A stretch of 49,886 nucleotides of DNA from an uncultured bacterium (GCA_964431685.1 CAYSLA010000004.1:2458-52343), one strand, 5' to 3'; shown: positions 9,706 through 20,284, counted from the first letter of the stretch. Notes: a model not told the origin generated them from the sequence alone. Program-made: numbers and translations.

Positions 9706-10616
9706 AAGACATCCTTGAGATTGCACAAGACGTGACGTGCGCTCTTAACCACAACGCGCCTGTGGTCGCCCTCGAGTCCTCGGTCATCGCGAACGGTTTG
9801 CCGCCCGAATCGGCTGTGGAAGCCGCTCAGGCGATGGAAGACGCAGTACGCGAGAGCGACAGCATACCGGCGATTACCGGAGTGATCGATGGCGTGATCA
9901 AGATTGGTTTGTCGAGCGACGACATCAGACGTCTCGCGCACAAATCTGCGGTGAAAGTCTCGTCTCGAGACCTCGCTCACGTTGTTAGTCGAAAACTGAG
10001 CGGTGGCACTACCGTTTCGGCTACTGCCCGGCTTGCTGCAGCCGCAGGTATTTCGGTGATGGCAACCGGAGGGTTGGGCGGAGTTCACAGGGGATGTCCG
10101 GTGGACATCTCGTCTGACTTGTGGGAACTCACTCGCGTTCCGACGGTTGTGGTGTGCTCTGGCCCGAAGGCGGTGTTAGATGTCGCTGCGACCGCTGAAT
10201 GGCTGGAGACCCACTGTGTTAACGTGTACGGCTACCAGACAGACACATTGCCTGCGTTCTATTGTGGCGACTCCGGTCTGGAGGTTCCCAGAGTGGAGGA
10301 CGCAGCCGATTTTGGGGCGATGGTAAAACTGCTTCGCGGGAGTCTGGGGGTTCGCAGCGGAATTGTATTGGTAGTTCAGCCGCCCCAGTCTCTTGACATA
10401 GCGGCGGACATCGAGAAGGCTTTGGCAGAATCTGAGGCACTGCGCATTAAGGGCAAAGACGTAACGCCGTTTCTCCTATCGAAAGTGGCCGAGCTTACTG
10501 GGGGAAGGAGCGTCGCGGCTAATATCGCACTGCTCAGGAAGAACGCTCGTGTGGCAGGGGAGGTAGCTGTCGAGTTGCTCCGCGAGGACAGGCGAAGGAT
10601 CGGGTTTATGGCCTAG
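9702..10616 (+). CDS. psuG: Pseudouridine-5'-phosphate glycosidase
   Basis: PVVALES, TTVSAT, ATGGLGGVHRG, DISSDL, GKDVTPFLL. Confidence 0.9.
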   Translation: MKDILEIAQDVTCALNHNAPVVALESSVIANGLPPESAVEAAQAMEDAVRESDSIPAITGVIDGVIKIGLSSDDIRRLAHKSAVKVSSRDLAHVVSRKLSGGTTVSATARLAAAAGISVMATGGLGGVHRGCPVDISSDLWELTRVPTVVVCSGPKAVLDVAATAEWLETHCVNVYGYQTDTLPAFYCGDSGLEVPRVEDAADFGAMVKLLRGSLGVRSGIVLVVQPPQSLDIAADIEKALAESEALRIKGKDVTPFLLSKVAELTGGRSVAANIALLRKNARVAGEVAVELLREDRRRIGFMA

Positions 10617-10687
10617 TGTCATCTGTGCGCAGACGGCTCAACGATAGAGTTTATGCGGTTCGCGTACCATTGGAGTAGAGTGAATAC

Positions 10688-11200
10688 ATGTTAGACGCAA
10701 TAGCCAACAGACGCAGCGTCAGGTTCTACAGGGATCAGCCGATTGAGGAGTCCGTTCTGGAGGAGATTCTGGCCGCCGGCTTCTGTGCACCGTCCGCCCA
10801 CAACGAGCGTGCCTGGCATGTCATAGTCGTCAGGCAGAAGGCCCGTCTTGAATCACTGGCGGCAATACACAAGTGGACGCGTTTTCTTTCACGAGTTCCT
10901 GTGGCTGTGATCGTGTGCTTTGACCGCAGGCAGTTGGACCACTTCTGGATTGAAGACGTTTCGGCGTTTATCCAGAATGTTCTGACGGAGGCCACGCACC
11001 AGGGGCTGGGGTCTTGCTGGGTAGGTATCCGCGGCGTTATCGAAGACGGGATCGATGCAGAAAGAGTCGTGCGCGATACGTGCTCAGTTCCGCCGGATTT
11101 CGGCGTAGGTGGCATTGTCGCTCTGGGCTACGCGGCCAGGCATCCAGGGCCGCACATAGAGTCCGTTCCGGCGGACCGGTTGCACGAGGAAGTTTTCTAG
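10688..11200 (+). CDS. Nitroreductase family protein
   Basis: RRSVRFY, APSAHN, GLGSCWVG. Confidence 0.9.
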   Translation: MLDAIANRRSVRFYRDQPIEESVLEEILAAGFCAPSAHNERAWHVIVVRQKARLESLAAIHKWTRFLSRVPVAVIVCFDRRQLDHFWIEDVSAFIQNVLTEATHQGLGSCWVGIRGVIEDGIDAERVVRDTCSVPPDFGVGGIVALGYAARHPGPHIESVPADRLHEEVF

Positions 11201-11201
11201 G

Positions 11202-12311
11202 CTACGATACAGTCTGGCGTCGCCGACTGCACAGGCGCATTATCAGGAGTTCGAGGATGGCCTGTGGGTCGTCTGGGCCGGGTATGATTGCCTTCAGTCT
11301 CAAGTCTGCCTCTTCGATCGCCGCAAACGCGTCCGCCAGCATATCGTAGGTAAACGCTCTGGCCTGCTGGGCGTACTTGGCTTCCTGCCACGACTGTCTG
11401 GCCAGAACATCGATAATGTTGGGGTCTCTTGGGAGCGCGTCTTTGATGCTGTCGGGTATATTCTGTCGGCTGACCCCGCGGACTCCCGATTCCTGCAGAA
11501 ACCTCATCTGCCAGACCAGCCTGAAATGCCTCGCTATGTTTGAGAGAGCGGAGGGGGCTTCAGTGCGAGGGTCGGCCCCGGATTGGAACAACTCATGCAG
11601 ATTTCTGATGGCCGATGCGGTTTCTCGACTACCAACTGCGTCAACGGTCTTGAATATCTTCTCTTCCGGCGTCTCTGAGGTGACGTGCTCAACCATCTGA
11701 GGAGTGATCTTGTCTGCCTGCCCGGAATAGTCGATCACCTTCGTGCTCTCAGTCTTTATGAGCGCAAAATCGTTGCCGATGCGCCTTCGGAATAGCTCAA
11801 CTGTCCTGGCGTCTATGGTCTTTCCAGCATCCGCAAAACACTGCTTGATGAAAGGAACGGAAAGCTCAGCAGCCTTTGCCCCTTTCTCACCACCAAACTC
11901 TTTTACTTCTCCGACTTTGCGGATGGCTCTTGAAAGGTCGCCAATTATCTCCGAGCCTTTCTTCGGTCTGCCTCTATCCCGCTCAGGCGCGGGATTGACC
12001 ATAATCAGGCACGCTGTGTCGGGGATAGACGCAAGTTTCCCGGCCAGAAGTTTCTGTTCGGCGGGGTTCATCTTGTTTGCATACTTGACCAGAACCACGC
12101 GTTGGCCGGAGGAGAACGGAGGCACGTTCAGCCCTGCCATCACTCTCTGGCACGTAGCAGTGTCTCCCTCTATCTGCTCAAGATCGAAGTCTGCGAAGTC
12201 TGGGGATACCAGTTTGTCAAGCAATTCGCGCAGAGCGAGCTGTTTGCGGTATTCGTCATCGCCTTTGAGGAGGTGGGCCCTCGAGATCTTCTTGCTGGTT
12301 CCAGTCGCCAT
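11202..12311 (-). CDS. holA: DNA polymerase III delta subunit
   Basis: HLLKGDDEY, PFSSGQRVVLVK, ADLRLK...LELLIMRL; ATG 12311 chosen as start. Confidence 0.85.
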   Translation of the reverse strand: MATGTSKKISRAHLLKGDDEYRKQLALRELLDKLVSPDFADFDLEQIEGDTATCQRVMAGLNVPPFSSGQRVVLVKYANKMNPAEQKLLAGKLASIPDTACLIMVNPAPERDRGRPKKGSEIIGDLSRAIRKVGEVKEFGGEKGAKAAELSVPFIKQCFADAGKTIDARTVELFRRRIGNDFALIKTESTKVIDYSGQADKITPQMVEHVTSETPEEKIFKTVDAVGSRETASAIRNLHELFQSGADPRTEAPSALSNIARHFRLVWQMRFLQESGVRGVSRQNIPDSIKDALPRDPNIIDVLARQSWQEAKYAQQARAFTYDMLADAFAAIEEADLRLKAIIPGPDDPQAILELLIMRLCSRRRQTVS

Positions 12312-12363
12312 AATGGCGATATTATCGCACAGCACCCGGCAGGTACACAACCTCCACACGCAG

Positions 12364-12395
12364 AAAGGCGGCTCAGTCTCACTGGACTGAGCCGC
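12364..12395 (-). terminator. Intrinsic terminator after pilin gene
   Basis: 11-bp stem gcggctcagtc/gactgagccgc followed by CTTT on the minus strand. Confidence 0.65.
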
Positions 12396-12428
12396 GAAGA
12401 GAGTACTAAGCAGAGCTAGATCGCTGCT

Positions 12429-12782
12429 CTACAAGGCGTGCGTTCCACCTATACTGCAAGTCGGATTTGCATCGACGTTGCCGATGGTGTAATCGCCACC
12501 TGACGGGCACAGCGGCTTTACCTTAATGTACAGGGCTGCGCCGAATAGATTGGCGTCCGTTACCGCGGCGCCACTGGCGGCTCGCGTGTCCATAGCCCAC
12601 TGTTCCTTCGCGCTCTCAATCTGTTTGAGATTAGCAACACACGACTTGGTGCGGCTGCTCTCTCTCGCCTTCATGAAGTTCGGCACTGCTATAGCAAGCA
12701 GGATACCGATGATCAGAACGACGATCATAATCTCGATAAGGGTGAAGCCGCCTCTGCGCCTTCTGATTGTGAATCTAGACAT
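12429..12782 (-). CDS. Type IV pilin / prepilin-type N-terminal methylation protein
   Basis: RRRRGG|FTLIEIMIVVLIIGILLAIAVPNF class III signal; C-terminal Cys pair; GGAGG RBS. Confidence 0.92.
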   Translation of the reverse strand: MSRFTIRRRRGGFTLIEIMIVVLIIGILLAIAVPNFMKARESSRTKSCVANLKQIESAKEQWAMDTRAASGAAVTDANLFGAALYIKVKPLCPSGGDYTIGNVDANPTCSIGGTHAL

Positions 12783-13059
12783 TTTCTACGTCTACCTCCT
12801 CCGCATGTTCGGAAACGGGTGTTTTGCGCCAGATCAGACATCGAGGATCACAAATGCGTCTACCCGCCACGCCTGCTCTGGCTTCCATCTTACTTCTTCC
12901 ACGGCAGTTAGAGGCGATTACGCTAAAATGAGCAGTCTGAACGAAAACCGGTAATTCTACCAGCAAAAGGCTGTTCTTCTTTATAGGCCGGTGCTTGCCG
13001 ATAGTTTGTAAGCCTCGGCTGGTGCTAATGCTCGACGGACATTGCGACTTCAGTGCCTA

Positions 13060-13088
13060 TTGACAAACGATCGCATTGGTGGTAGTTT
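13060..13088 (+). promoter_or_regulatory. Sigma70-type promoter
   Basis: TTGACA-17-TAGTTT with extended -10 TG. Confidence 0.55.
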
Positions 13089-13130
13089 GTAATTGTCGGG
13101 ACAATTCTTGCGAGGTGAACTGCTATAAGA

Positions 13131-13910
13131 ATGCTCGTGTCTGTTCTGTTGTCTGTGCTATTTGTCATTCCCGCGGTCTGTGTGGTCGCGGACGAGATCC
13201 CTGTCTATACACCTGCTGCTACCAAGGTAGCGGTAATGCCGGTCGTGAGCATCACTGGTGAGAAGTGGGACAAAGTCCGAAACTCCCAGATTGACTGTTC
13301 GTACAACGAACTGGAGTCACAATTTCGTGAGCGAGGCTTCGAGCTCGTTAGCCCTGATGAGGTGATGAGCGCCATCAGAGCCTTGTCGATTGATCTGAAG
13401 GACGAGGAAGAATGGAAACGCGATACGTTCTACAAGATTGGCGAGAAACTTGGTACCGATCTGATAGTGTTTGTGCTGATTACAGACAGCACTCAGCGTG
13501 TCAAGACCACATTCTTCACCGCACAGAACGAGGGGCACGCGAAGATCAAGATATGGCTTCTGGATGCGAAGAATCACATCAATATAAAGAGCTCGAAGCA
13601 GTACGATGCAAAGCGTGTGCAGGGATCCTTTGGCCGCGGAGCCAAGGGCAGCGCCCTGCAGGTAGATGCGGCGAGGAGGGCAATTGAGACTGCTCTCGCA
13701 GATTTCCTCAAGCCATATAAGATCGTCAAAGAGGTCAAGCGCGCCGAGCGGCGCAGCCCTCGAGTAGGAGACGAGTCCGGCGTGGAGTACGGTGTGATCA
13801 GCGGCGAATCGTCCGACGAGGACGACAGTGCCAGTGATGCCGACAACAAGAACTCCGGGATGGCGAAACCATCTGGCAAACCATCCGAAAATCTGGAAAA
13901 GGACGAATAG
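13131..13910 (+). CDS. Exported protein, CsgG/LpoB/TolB-N-like fold, acidic C-tail
   Basis: Signal peptide; KVAVMPV...GFELV...IGEKLGTDLIV pattern. Confidence 0.6.
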   Translation: MLVSVLLSVLFVIPAVCVVADEIPVYTPAATKVAVMPVVSITGEKWDKVRNSQIDCSYNELESQFRERGFELVSPDEVMSAIRALSIDLKDEEEWKRDTFYKIGEKLGTDLIVFVLITDSTQRVKTTFFTAQNEGHAKIKIWLLDAKNHINIKSSKQYDAKRVQGSFGRGAKGSALQVDAARRAIETALADFLKPYKIVKEVKRAERRSPRVGDESGVEYGVISGESSDEDDSASDADNKNSGMAKPSGKPSENLEKDE

Positions 13911-14076
13911 TCTATAATCCGCACGCCAGAGACACAACTGGCCCGAAACGATGCCGCGTCTCGGGCCAGTGCTCCCCCGTAGTATCATGATTCCACCTCT
14001 GCTTGCCGATAACGTCAATGAGGTCCCACGAACGCGCATATCGGGTCTGCACGGTCCTCACAGGTGGTCACACAAT

Positions 14077-14970
14077 ATGAACAAGCCCCGGATTTCGGTA
14101 CAGAGCGGCAGCCTGGAGCCCACTCCAAAGTCGGATACCCTGTTGACATCGGTGCGTGGTCGTTCAGACTGGCTGGGGAAGAAGCAGTATGAGAGAGAGC
14201 TGCGCAGGCTTCAGGACGAACTCGTGAAACTCCAGTACTCAGTAAAAGAGCGCGGCACGCGAGTGGTGATGCTGTTTGAAGGCAGGGATGCTGCTGGCAA
14301 AGGTGGAGTTATCAAACGCATTTCCGAGCCCCTGAACCCACGGGGCGTTCGATTGGTTGCACTTGGTGCCCCGTCCGATACTGAGCGAACGCAGTGGTAT
14401 TTTCAACGCTACATCCAGCACTTGCCCTCTGCGGGTGAAATCGTGATTTTTGACCGGAGTTGGTACAATCGCGCCGGGGTTGAGAAAGTGATGGGTTTCT
14501 GCTCAAACGAAGAGTATTGGGAGTTCCTGAGAGCGTGTCCGGATTTTGAGCGTATGCTCGTGCGCTCGGGCATCATACTACTAAAATACTGGCTGTCAAT
14601 AAATGATATGGAGCAGGAACGTCGTTTTCAAGAGCGTGCATCAGATCCTCTGAAGCGATGGAAACTCAGCAGCATCGACATTGAGTCCCGGGAGAAGTGG
14701 GTCGAATTCTCCAAAGCGAAAGATGCTATGATGGAGCATACCGACATTCCTGAGGCTCGCTGGTACCAGGTCGACGGTGACGATAAACGCCGCGCAAGGC
14801 TCAACTGCATCAGGCACGTTCTGAGCACTATACCGCATTCGAATGCGGTTCCAGCTCCAATCAAGCTTAGCAAACGGCCGCCCTGTGACCAGCACTACAC
14901 GCGGCCCCATCGCACGTCACACATTGTTGTGCCCGACCACTATGCACAGAAGATCAAGGATGCGGCGTAG
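14077..14970 (+). CDS. ppk2: Polyphosphate kinase 2
   Basis: FEGRDAAGKGG, QWYFQRY, FDRSWYNRAGVE. Confidence 0.95.
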   Translation: MNKPRISVQSGSLEPTPKSDTLLTSVRGRSDWLGKKQYERELRRLQDELVKLQYSVKERGTRVVMLFEGRDAAGKGGVIKRISEPLNPRGVRLVALGAPSDTERTQWYFQRYIQHLPSAGEIVIFDRSWYNRAGVEKVMGFCSNEEYWEFLRACPDFERMLVRSGIILLKYWLSINDMEQERRFQERASDPLKRWKLSSIDIESREKWVEFSKAKDAMMEHTDIPEARWYQVDGDDKRRARLNCIRHVLSTIPHSNAVPAPIKLSKRPPCDQHYTRPHRTSHIVVPDHYAQKIKDAA

Positions 14971-14999
14971 ACGTTGGCCAATTGGCAGACACAGATGCT

Positions 15000-15383
15000 T
15001 CACTTGGCCATTGCGGCTATAGCCTCAATTTCGACTTTGGCCCCTTTGGGCAGTGCTGCGACTTGAACAGTGGAGCGCGCTGGTGGGTCAGCGATAAACA
15101 CACTGGAGTAGATATCGTTGACCTGTTTGAAATCGTCCATACTTGTAAGGAATATCGTCGTCTTTACCACGTCAGCCACCGTGAGCCCCTCTGCGTCGAG
15201 GACAGCCGTAAGGTTGGACAGGACTTGCCTCACCTGTCCAGCGACATCTACCGCAACTATCTGACCAGTCAGCGGGTCAATTGGAATCTGGCCCGATATG
15301 AAGAGAAAACCATTGGCCTTTATGGCTTGAGAATACGGGCCGATTGCTGCGGGTGCTTTCTCTGTAGTTACTACGGTCTTCAC
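15000..15383 (-). CDS. ridA: RidA family enamine/imine deaminase
   Basis: APAAIGPYSQA, SGQIP, PARSTVQVAALP, VEIE. Confidence 0.95.
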   Translation of the reverse strand: MKTVVTTEKAPAAIGPYSQAIKANGFLFISGQIPIDPLTGQIVAVDVAGQVRQVLSNLTAVLDAEGLTVADVVKTTIFLTSMDDFKQVNDIYSSVFIADPPARSTVQVAALPKGAKVEIEAIAAMAK

Positions 15384-15582
15384 TTGATGCTACCTCCAGG
15401 ATTCTATCCACACGATGTTACATTCAACAGACGGAGCGTAAATCCCTGCTGGTTATGCAGTGCCGCAACATTCATTGTATCAATCCTCGCAAGGTGTGGA
15501 ATACTAGCATGATGATGATTATCAACCAGCAACGGCCGAGGCTCTACTCACATCGGCCACGCGTGGAAAGGAACCTGGTAGA

Positions 15583-15816
15583 ATGAACTCAGAGGAATAT
15601 CGTGACATTGCATCGAAGAGACTGTCGAGCTACATCGACGTCGAAAGATTTCCGTGCACAAAGTTCGAGCTTCTGCGACATGCGGAAGAAGGACACGCCC
15701 CCGATGACGTGTTGGACTGCATTGAAGACATGGATGTCGTCGTAGTTCCGAATATGGAGGCACTCGTCGACTGCTTTGCGGCAGGGTCCGAGCGCGAGTG
15801 CCTCACTATGAGGTAG
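15583..15816 (+). CDS. Small DUF2795-like protein
   Basis: FPCTKFELLRHAEEGHAPDDVLD pattern; AAGGA RBS. Confidence 0.6.
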   Translation: MNSEEYRDIASKRLSSYIDVERFPCTKFELLRHAEEGHAPDDVLDCIEDMDVVVVPNMEALVDCFAAGSERECLTMR

Positions 15817-16077
15817 TGTTCGGATGTATGGCCGCAGCAGATGTGCGGCTGACGCCGTCCTCTTTCGTCCGCCTTTTGCCTGTCGCTACTGATCCCCACA
15901 CCGGCCAGTCCTCGTCGGGCCAAACCTCGGTGTTCTCAGAGCTGGTCTCGGTCTTCTGTTGTCACAAGCCCTGATTCTGCTATAATAGTCCCACTCAATG
16001 CACAATACTCTATGTTGAGCCCCGTCTGGCACAAGTACTGCCAGGACTGGGAGCTCTCGCGAGACAGGAGACTTGAT

Positions 16078-17379
16078 TTGGCTCGGATAGCTGCATTTCG
16101 GGGTCTAAGATACTGCCAGAAGAAAGTGGGTGACTACGGCAAAGTAGTGTGCCCGCCATACGATGTGATTTCTCCCGAAGACAGGCGAGCCTACCACGAG
16201 ACCAGCCCATACAACTTTGTTCGCCTGATACTTGGCGAAGAGCACGAGTCGGATAACGACAGCGTCAACCGCTTTACTAGGGCAGGGGAGCTGCTCGCGT
16301 CCTGGATATCCGAAGGCGTGATGGCAACTGATCGCATTCCCTCGATGTATGTGTATGATCAGTACTTCGAGAGGGCAGGAGCGCCGCGACACGTGCGAGG
16401 GTTTGTGTGCGCGGTGCAACTGCACAATTACGAAGACAGCGTAATCGTTCCGCACGAGTTCACTCTCGCAAAACCCAAGTCACAACTCTGGGAGACCATC
16501 AGGGCAACTAATGCTAATCTGGACTGCGTTTACGGGCTGTACGCGGATGAGTCAGATCTGGCAGGCGAGATGGCTTCGGAATCAACCGTGCTTGAGGATG
16601 TTGTTGACAAAGACGGCGTGCGTCACGTTCTCTCCTCCGTGAGCAGTGAATCGGTCATACGCAAAGCAGCAGCTTGTCTCTCGGACAAGACGGTCGCGAT
16701 TGCCGACGGGCATCATCGCTATGAGACGGCTCTGGCGTATAGAGACAAGGTTCGCGAGGAGACTGGGGCGACCGCGCCCTACGGAGATCTGGCCTGCGAC
16801 TATGCGTTGATGACGCTTGTCAATGTGTATGAGAAAGACCTCACGGTCCTGCCGACGCACAGGGTGATTGGGAGTCTGCCTGCCAGCGCGGTCTACGATA
16901 TCTACCACAAGCTGGAAAGTGCGTTTGACTGCTTTGAGTGTGCGCCTGAGGAACTTGCCGAACTGGTTCAATCCAACGAAGTAGGGGTGTTCTTAGACGG
17001 ACGGGCAGGGGTGTTGCGACTCAAACAGGATGTTCCGGTGCCGGCAGAAGGCAGCGAAGTCGGACGGAAACTGGGACTGAACCTGCTTCACAGAGTTATA
17101 ATGCGGGACATACTGGGGATAACTGATGAGGACCTGCGAAGCCAGCTTTATGTCCAATACACGCGTGACGCGCAAGAAGCCATATCGCTGGTCAGGAGCG
17201 GATCAAAGCAGGCGGCCTTCATTCTCGGACCGATGGAAGTCAAGTCGGTGCTGGATGTGGCCGGAGCTGGTGAGCGAATGCCGCAGAAGTCTACCTACTT
17301 CTATCCGAAGCTCCTCAGTGGTTTAGTCTCACGGCTCATATCGGACGACAGTGGCTTCGGAGGGTCAGAGGGTGAGTGA
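16078..17379 (+). CDS. DUF1015 family protein
   Basis: TTG start after AGGAG; AFRGLRY, PPYDVI, IADGHHRYE, MPQKSTYFYPKL. Confidence 0.9.
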   Translation: MARIAAFRGLRYCQKKVGDYGKVVCPPYDVISPEDRRAYHETSPYNFVRLILGEEHESDNDSVNRFTRAGELLASWISEGVMATDRIPSMYVYDQYFERAGAPRHVRGFVCAVQLHNYEDSVIVPHEFTLAKPKSQLWETIRATNANLDCVYGLYADESDLAGEMASESTVLEDVVDKDGVRHVLSSVSSESVIRKAAACLSDKTVAIADGHHRYETALAYRDKVREETGATAPYGDLACDYALMTLVNVYEKDLTVLPTHRVIGSLPASAVYDIYHKLESAFDCFECAPEELAELVQSNEVGVFLDGRAGVLRLKQDVPVPAEGSEVGRKLGLNLLHRVIMRDILGITDEDLRSQLYVQYTRDAQEAISLVRSGSKQAAFILGPMEVKSVLDVAGAGERMPQKSTYFYPKLLSGLVSRLISDDSGFGGSEGE

Positions 17380-19354
17380 CGTGTCTTGCGGCGACAGTAC
17401 CGAGCGTTTTCTAACTGGTAACGAATATGTGAGTCTGGCGGGAGTCTCGGCTGTGACTGGAGCGCTCAACGGCATCGGTTTCGTGCATTCTGGATTCCGC
17501 GGTTGCATTGAAGTCAAAGGGCCTGAGAATTCTTCGTTTCTGGAACCACTTATCGAGGTCGACGGACGTGGCGTAAGTTGTGATGACGTCACAGGCGAAC
17601 TGCTCGAGTTCTGGGTGCCTCGCATGCAGTGTCTTTTCGACGGTCTCGAAGTTACGCATACCATCTTTGCGCCGGTGGAACGACGAGGCCTGGTGTGCGT
17701 CTTGACTGCAAGGAATACCTCCGAAGACGCTGTGCGCCACGTCAGGTTCGGATTCAGAGCGGCCTGGGGCCGGTCCGGCGTGACCACCAGGCTGAGCAAG
17801 CCGATGTTTGGGTCTAGTTTCGCCTATCCGTCGGAACTCGATCCTCAGAGCCCGGTCTTCGAGTTCAGGGGTCACGTACCGTTATTTGCTCTCGCATTCA
17901 CTCCCGGATTCTCTGTGACGACCACGACCATTGACTCGGGTCTTGATGCTGAGACTTCGGTATCCGGGGGCGCCGAGGCGTTAAGTCATGCCACGCGTCC
18001 GCTGACCGTCGATATGGTATCAGAGCTCGACCTCAACCCCGGCGAGTCCATTGAGTTGCCTCTTTATGTGGGTATTGCTTCGAAAGAGGTATCGGCAATC
18101 GCCTGTGCTCGAGAGATGAAGATGCAGGGGTGGGATCGTTTGCTCTCGCATCTGCGGAGTTGGCTGAAGTCACGCAGGATCGACTGCGAGGACGACGCAC
18201 TGGCTAATGCGCTCAATACGAGTTCTTTTGCATGCTACTTTGGCACGCAGGCAATCACTCTTGACACTGAGGAGTATGTTCTGACGTCCTCAAGGTACTC
18301 TAAGAATGACACGTGCGGCACATATCTCGATTCGGACGCAATGCTGTGGGCGCTCCCGGCGGTGCTGCAGATAGACCCTTTTCAAGCTCGCAAACTACTG
18401 GTGTGTGCTCTAACCTGTCAGTTGGCGAATGTCGGTGCGGGATGCCGTTTCATTGATGGAGTCTTGCTGGAACCGGGACTGGGACTGGATCGTCTGTGTG
18501 CCCCAGTTATTGCGCTGCAGCAGTATGTGCTGGCAACAGACGATCTTTCCATTCTGTATGACCGGAGAATCCAAACCGGGATCAACACGATTCAAGGAGT
18601 GCTGGCAGCGCAGCGACACCCACAAATTCCGTTGTTTGAGACTCTATTGACGCCATCGGGCGATTTCGCCCGACAGTCTTATCTGTGTTACTCTAACGCA
18701 ATCGTCTGGCAAGCCCTGCTTGCACTGGCGGACATGTACAGACGCATTCACGACCCCGATCGCTCTCAGGAGGCGCTTGTCCTTGCACAGGATGTCAGGG
18801 CGGCGCACAGGCAGCATTTCACTACTTCAGGGCCGTTTGGTGAGATGTTTGCGTTCAGCACTGATCTTGATGGCAATGTGGAACTCGGTGATGACCCGCG
18901 GGGCAGCATTGAGCTGCTTGCTGACATAGGGATATGTTCAGATTCCGATGCCGCCTATTCCAACACTCTTCTATGGCTTCAGTCGGAACACAACCCGCAG
19001 CAGTCCCTGCGGGCATATGAGATTGGCACGCTCAGCGGCGAATCAGGCTCGCTGCCATCGATTAGCCTGATCAACGATTTGCGTACACGCGACAAGTCAA
19101 AAGCCCTCGCGTTTCTGGCCCAATCCGCCGGAGGATCATCGGGCGGGTATAGACTCAAGCACAGCGCGCCTTGTCCGTCGCTGTACACCCGGCCCTCCGC
19201 GAGTATGGCGGGCTGGTTTGCCTACGCGCTGCGCTGCGCACTGGGCGTGCGAACCCCTGCTGATCGACGCAGGAAATTGCATCCATCCACGATGGATGCT
19301 CTTTACCATCCCCCGCCAACGGTGAATTTCGACTCGCGAAAGTCCAGGCTCTGA
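17372..19354 (+). CDS. Six-hairpin glycosidase, GH125-like, divergent
   Basis: TGNEYVSL N-terminus; TLDTEEYVLTSSR, RFIDG, LFETLL, DDPRGS; GTG overlaps the upstream stop. Confidence 0.6.
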   Translation: MSDVSCGDSTERFLTGNEYVSLAGVSAVTGALNGIGFVHSGFRGCIEVKGPENSSFLEPLIEVDGRGVSCDDVTGELLEFWVPRMQCLFDGLEVTHTIFAPVERRGLVCVLTARNTSEDAVRHVRFGFRAAWGRSGVTTRLSKPMFGSSFAYPSELDPQSPVFEFRGHVPLFALAFTPGFSVTTTTIDSGLDAETSVSGGAEALSHATRPLTVDMVSELDLNPGESIELPLYVGIASKEVSAIACAREMKMQGWDRLLSHLRSWLKSRRIDCEDDALANALNTSSFACYFGTQAITLDTEEYVLTSSRYSKNDTCGTYLDSDAMLWALPAVLQIDPFQARKLLVCALTCQLANVGAGCRFIDGVLLEPGLGLDRLCAPVIALQQYVLATDDLSILYDRRIQTGINTIQGVLAAQRHPQIPLFETLLTPSGDFARQSYLCYSNAIVWQALLALADMYRRIHDPDRSQEALVLAQDVRAAHRQHFTTSGPFGEMFAFSTDLDGNVELGDDPRGSIELLADIGICSDSDAAYSNTLLWLQSEHNPQQSLRAYEIGTLSGESGSLPSISLINDLRTRDKSKALAFLAQSAGGSSGGYRLKHSAPCPSLYTRPSASMAGWFAYALRCALGVRTPADRRRKLHPSTMDALYHPPPTVNFDSRKSRL

Positions 19355-19450
19355 GTTCCGCATACGGGCCCACCAAGTCGGCGTAGCACTTGGTCAGTCG
19401 GCGCGTACACGTTCCGGATCAGCGACTTCCGCGCGGTGCGGTGCTTTCAG

Positions 19451-20083
19451 TCAGAGGGATGCTTGTTCCACCAAAGTCACTATCTCCGCGGCAAGGTTCC
19501 TTACGGTGCCGAAGTCCTCTTTGTCTATCGCCGACTTGGGCGCTAGATTGCTCCCCAGACCTACCGCGACAACGCCCGCTCGAAACCATTCTCCGATGTT
19601 GGATTTGTCGACCCCGCCGGTTGGGATGAGTTTCATGTTGGGAAATGGCCCTCGCAGAGCTTTGACGTAGTCTGGGCCGGTGACGGACCCGGGGAAGAGC
19701 TTTAGTACCTCAGCGCCAAGGGACATAGCCTGGAACGCCTCAGTGGGTGTCAAGACCCCGGGCAGTACTGGCACGTCGAGTTCTTGACCCAGGGCAATGA
19801 CCTCCGGGATAGTGCACGGGCTGACCAGAAATTTGGCTCCCGCTGCGACCGCTTCTCGTCCAGCCTTTTCGCTAAGCACAGTGCCTGCGCCAAGCAGGAT
19901 GTCGTCGCGTTCGGCGAAATGGCGAAGGATATAGAGAGGGTCTTTGGTGGTGTACGTAATTTCGATACACGTTACGCCGCCGTCTACCAGCGCTTCCACG
20001 GCCTTAATCACCTTCTCAGTCGAGTCGCCTCGAAGCACTGCGACGATCTTCTTCTGGGATATCAGTTCAGTAGTTGGATGCAT
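19451..20083 (-). CDS. eda: KHG/KDPG aldolase
   Basis: AVLRG, IEITY, GAGTV, FLVSP, TPTE, KLFPG, PTGGV. Confidence 0.92.
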   Translation of the reverse strand: MHPTTELISQKKIVAVLRGDSTEKVIKAVEALVDGGVTCIEITYTTKDPLYILRHFAERDDILLGAGTVLSEKAGREAVAAGAKFLVSPCTIPEVIALGQELDVPVLPGVLTPTEAFQAMSLGAEVLKLFPGSVTGPDYVKALRGPFPNMKLIPTGGVDKSNIGEWFRAGVVAVGLGSNLAPKSAIDKEDFGTVRNLAAEIVTLVEQASL

Positions 20084-20284
20084 TTGGGCAGGTTACCTCC
20101 GATTGACCACATTGCCTGGCGCACGTCTCGAACGACAAGATGCTTGGCATGCCGAACGAGTGCTGCAGAACCATGAGACGCACAACTGGCAGGACCCAGG
20201 GACAGTGGTCTAGTCTTCATTTCGACGCCAGATCGCACGATTCCTGCATGCACGTAAGGAAGGTCGTCTGTCTAAGCCCGAATT

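Noticed and set aside
13951-14076. N-terminal extensions in the ORF track (ppk2, hisF, groES1, DUF1015, MFS, MNT, PEP-CTERM)
   Set aside because: Downstream starts match family N-termini and RBS/promoter positions
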